Origin: Antedon mediterranea
Lineage: Eukaryota; Animalia; Echinodermata
Length of the DNA stretch: 64,000 bases
Direction of reading: 5' to 3'
NCBI RefSeq assembly: GCF_964355755.1
Contig: NC_092673.1
Span: 28,765,648-28,829,647 of the forward strand
Shown here: positions 62,001-64,000 of the stretch, one piece after another
Position numbering within the stretch: the stretch's first letter is position 1
How the letters are laid out: each line of letters starts with the position of its first letter
Made by a program: the position numbers and the translations under genes
Notes under the pieces: model-generated
The model's input: the letters and a program-made list of their open reading frames with translations, nothing else
What the model was told of the DNA's origin: nothing
Databases searched by the model: none

Positions 62001-63617
62001 AGAAAATGTACAAAGTGATAAAGCTACTATTAGCAGAGCATTATCACAAAATAAAGAATTAAAAACACAATTACAAGAACTTCAAAATGCATTTGTGAAA
62101 ATGGTAAGTATATAGCACATATAACACATAGAAGTAGATGATGTGCAAATTGATGGGAAATATACAATATCTTACCAAAACAAATAGCTTGGTGGTTTAG
62201 ATGCTTGGCTACCATGGTCCCGGGGTTCAAATCCTGTCAGATGCCAGGATTGTTTGTCATGACAGAACAACTCCACTCCCAAACACTTGTTTGTCCAGAG
62301 CATCTTGTGTATATGTCGTAATTATTTAAGGGGGATACCACTTTATTAACTACTAGCCTTAAAGGCTATATGACTATCTGGCCTCCCCAGTGGACTTTAC
62401 CAAACAGTCATAAAATAATTACAATTTTTTATTTAACATTTATTTTGTCTCTACAGAGCAATGATAACATGGAGTTGACAACCAAAGTACAGACAGAAGA
62501 ACACGTAAATAATGAACTTTCTAATAAAATTGCTGATTATGAAGATGATATAAGTAGTATTAAAAACCAGGTAAGAAAATCACTTCATATTTGGTGTGGG
62601 CTTACACCTTAACTGGGCTTACAATCGAATTCTTAAACGTGTACAGCAAACAAAATAGAATAGATTAACTGATTTTGGATGGGTTGTTGATTTTCAGTTA
62701 CGCATAAAAGAAAGTGAAACCGACCGACTGAAGACACAAACATTTGAACTTAATAAACAACTAATGCACCAATCACAGATACAAGATAGGATACACCACT
62801 ATGAAGCCCATGGGCCTATGAAAGACAAACTGGAAACAGAATTAGCAGACACACAGGTAAATGCAGTTGAACAGTTTAGTTTAGCAAAAATGACACATAG
62901 CTTGTTTCCCACCATGCTTTATGTAAAGATAGAGGCAAAGTTTAGCCTGAGGTTAAACAGGAGTTAAACTAGCATATGGGAACAATGAATTAGCTAATAC
63001 AGTTTAAAATGACATTTTGACACAATAGCTTGTTTCCCGCCATGTTTTATGTGAAGATAGAGGCAAAGTTTAGCCTGAGGTTAAACAGGAGTTAAACTAG
63101 CATATGGAAACAATGAATTAGCTAATAGAGTTTAAAATGACATTTTGACACAATAGCTTGTTTCCCACCATGTTTTATGTGAAGATAGAGGCAAAGTTTA
63201 GCCTGAGGTTAAACAGGAGTTAAACTAGCATATGGAAACAATGAATTAGCTAATAAAGTTTAAAATGACATTTTGACACAATAGCTTGTTTCCCACCATG
63301 TTTTATGTGATTTATTTAAGTATGCATGGGCTGAGATTAAAAGGATATAAATAAACTACCATATGTGAATGCAGTTTTAAGTTGAACAACCATAAACAAT
63401 TGTTGACTCCAAATTAAAATAAAATAAAACTCTAAAATGAATATGTTTCATAATGTTATATTTAAAGGAAAAGTTATCAAAGCTTTTAGTAGAAAATGAT
63501 AACTTGATAGCCCAGTTAGCGGCTGTATCGTCATCATCAGTAGGAAACCAATCACATGACCATGATCACGACCACCCTGATTCTACCTGCAATGATAGTT
63601 TCTCAAGAGACGAGATG
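50053..63617 (+). CDS. GOLGA2: Golgin subfamily A member 2 (GM130), 5' part; continues beyond the window. Exons approx. 50053-50100, 53072-53230, 53721-53776, 54537-54600, 55140-55199, 55624-55704, 55912-55950, 56302-56458, ~58374-58480, 58857-58915, 59022-59081, 59867-60037, 60241-60347, 60645-60732, 61401-61533, 61885-62103, 62457-62570, 62698-62855, 63468-63617
   Basis: [61 protein letters not shown] and [29 protein letters not shown] are characteristic GM130 motifs. Confidence 0.93.
50717..52738. mobile_element. ~2.0 kb non-autonomous Mutator-like (MULE/foldback) element with ~190-bp TIRs built of 16-bp AAAGTCGCCCCATCGC repeats, in GOLGA2 intron 1
   Basis: Mirror arrays at 50725-50910 and 52545-52732; the exact 9-bp direct repeat CCACACACA at 50708-50716 and 52739-52747. 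Confidence 0.8.
53315..53715. repeat. ~135-bp tandem repeat, 3 copies (GOLGA2 intron 2)
   Basis: GTAGAACATA..TTTTAATTTGGAGAGA..AAAGTACTCAATAATCTCAGTTAT occurs three times. Confidence 0.9.
59537..59612 (+). mobile_element. tRNA-derived SINE head
   Basis: A-box-like TGGCTTGGTGA and B-box GTTCAAATCC with a degraded cloverleaf. Confidence 0.55.
60780..61302. repeat. ~20-bp minisatellite (GACCTGGATTCAAATTGACT / ..AATGCAAAGTAGCT variants) with ~60-bp higher-order period
   Basis: Directly visible tandem array. Confidence 0.9.
62185..62310 (+). mobile_element. tRNA-derived SINE
   Basis: TAGCTTGGTGG (A box) ... GGTTCAAATCC (B box); the body is shared with the copy near 34400. Confidence 0.6.
62890..63310. 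repeat. ~128-bp near-perfect tandem repeat, about 3.3 copies (GOLGA2 intron)
   Basis: ATAGCTTGTTTCCC(A/G)CCATG..AGATAGAGGCAAAGTTTAGCCTGAGGTTAAACAGGAG repeats with few substitutions. Confidence 0.92.
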
Positions 63618-64000
63618 GTAAGTTTTCTGAAATAATCTTTTAACTATAGTAGTTGACTCTCTCAAACCTACAAACTGTCCTAAACCCAGACTTTTCTTTA
63701 GGTCCAAAAGGTCTTAAATTCTTTTTTACCTTTAAAAACACATTTAGAATACTAGAAATTCTGGAAAACCAGACGAATTAGGCCAGCCCATGAGTGCCTG
63801 GTATTGGAAGAGATGATTTTATGGCATTTTGAATTCTGTTTCAAAATCTGGGTTATTAAATTTAACGAGTCAAAAGATATAATATTAAAATCATAGGAAA
63901 TACAGGTCACTACTTGTTTCTAACACTATTGCTTAAAAAGGAACTACATTTCAACATTTGCTGAGTTATAGGGAAATCAGTCATTGATTCTAAGTGGGCA

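Overview
AT-rich, intron-containing eukaryotic DNA, probably from an invertebrate deuterostome (an inference from human-like exon sizes and gene neighbours; the species cannot be identified from sequence alone). I reconstructed ten genes by hand from splice sites and reading frames. They are two tandem PLP-dependent class V C-S lyase paralogues (Egt2/L-cysteine desulfhydrase/CefD-like), URM1, KIFAP3, NTMT1, RPL35, two tandem ARPC5 paralogues, a hevein-like + PAN/Apple gene (its PAN exon is missing from the ORF track), and the 5' part of GOLGA2. Introns and intergenic DNA are dense with non-autonomous DNA transposons (Harbinger-type MITEs, Kolobok-type, a MULE/foldback), SINE and LINE remnants and minisatellites. 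Main points of interest: (1) a four-level nested transposon stack with readable TSDs in one lyase intron; (2) four U12-type introns, one with an aberrant 5' splice site; (3) head-to-head gene pairs that match human 9q33-34 and 1q24-25 neighbours; (4) an apparently membrane-anchored Egt2-like lyase, a candidate for ovothiol/ergothioneine chemistry; (5) the hevein-PAN protein. No prokaryotic features or CRISPR arrays were seen. All coordinates were counted by eye and may be off by a few bases.
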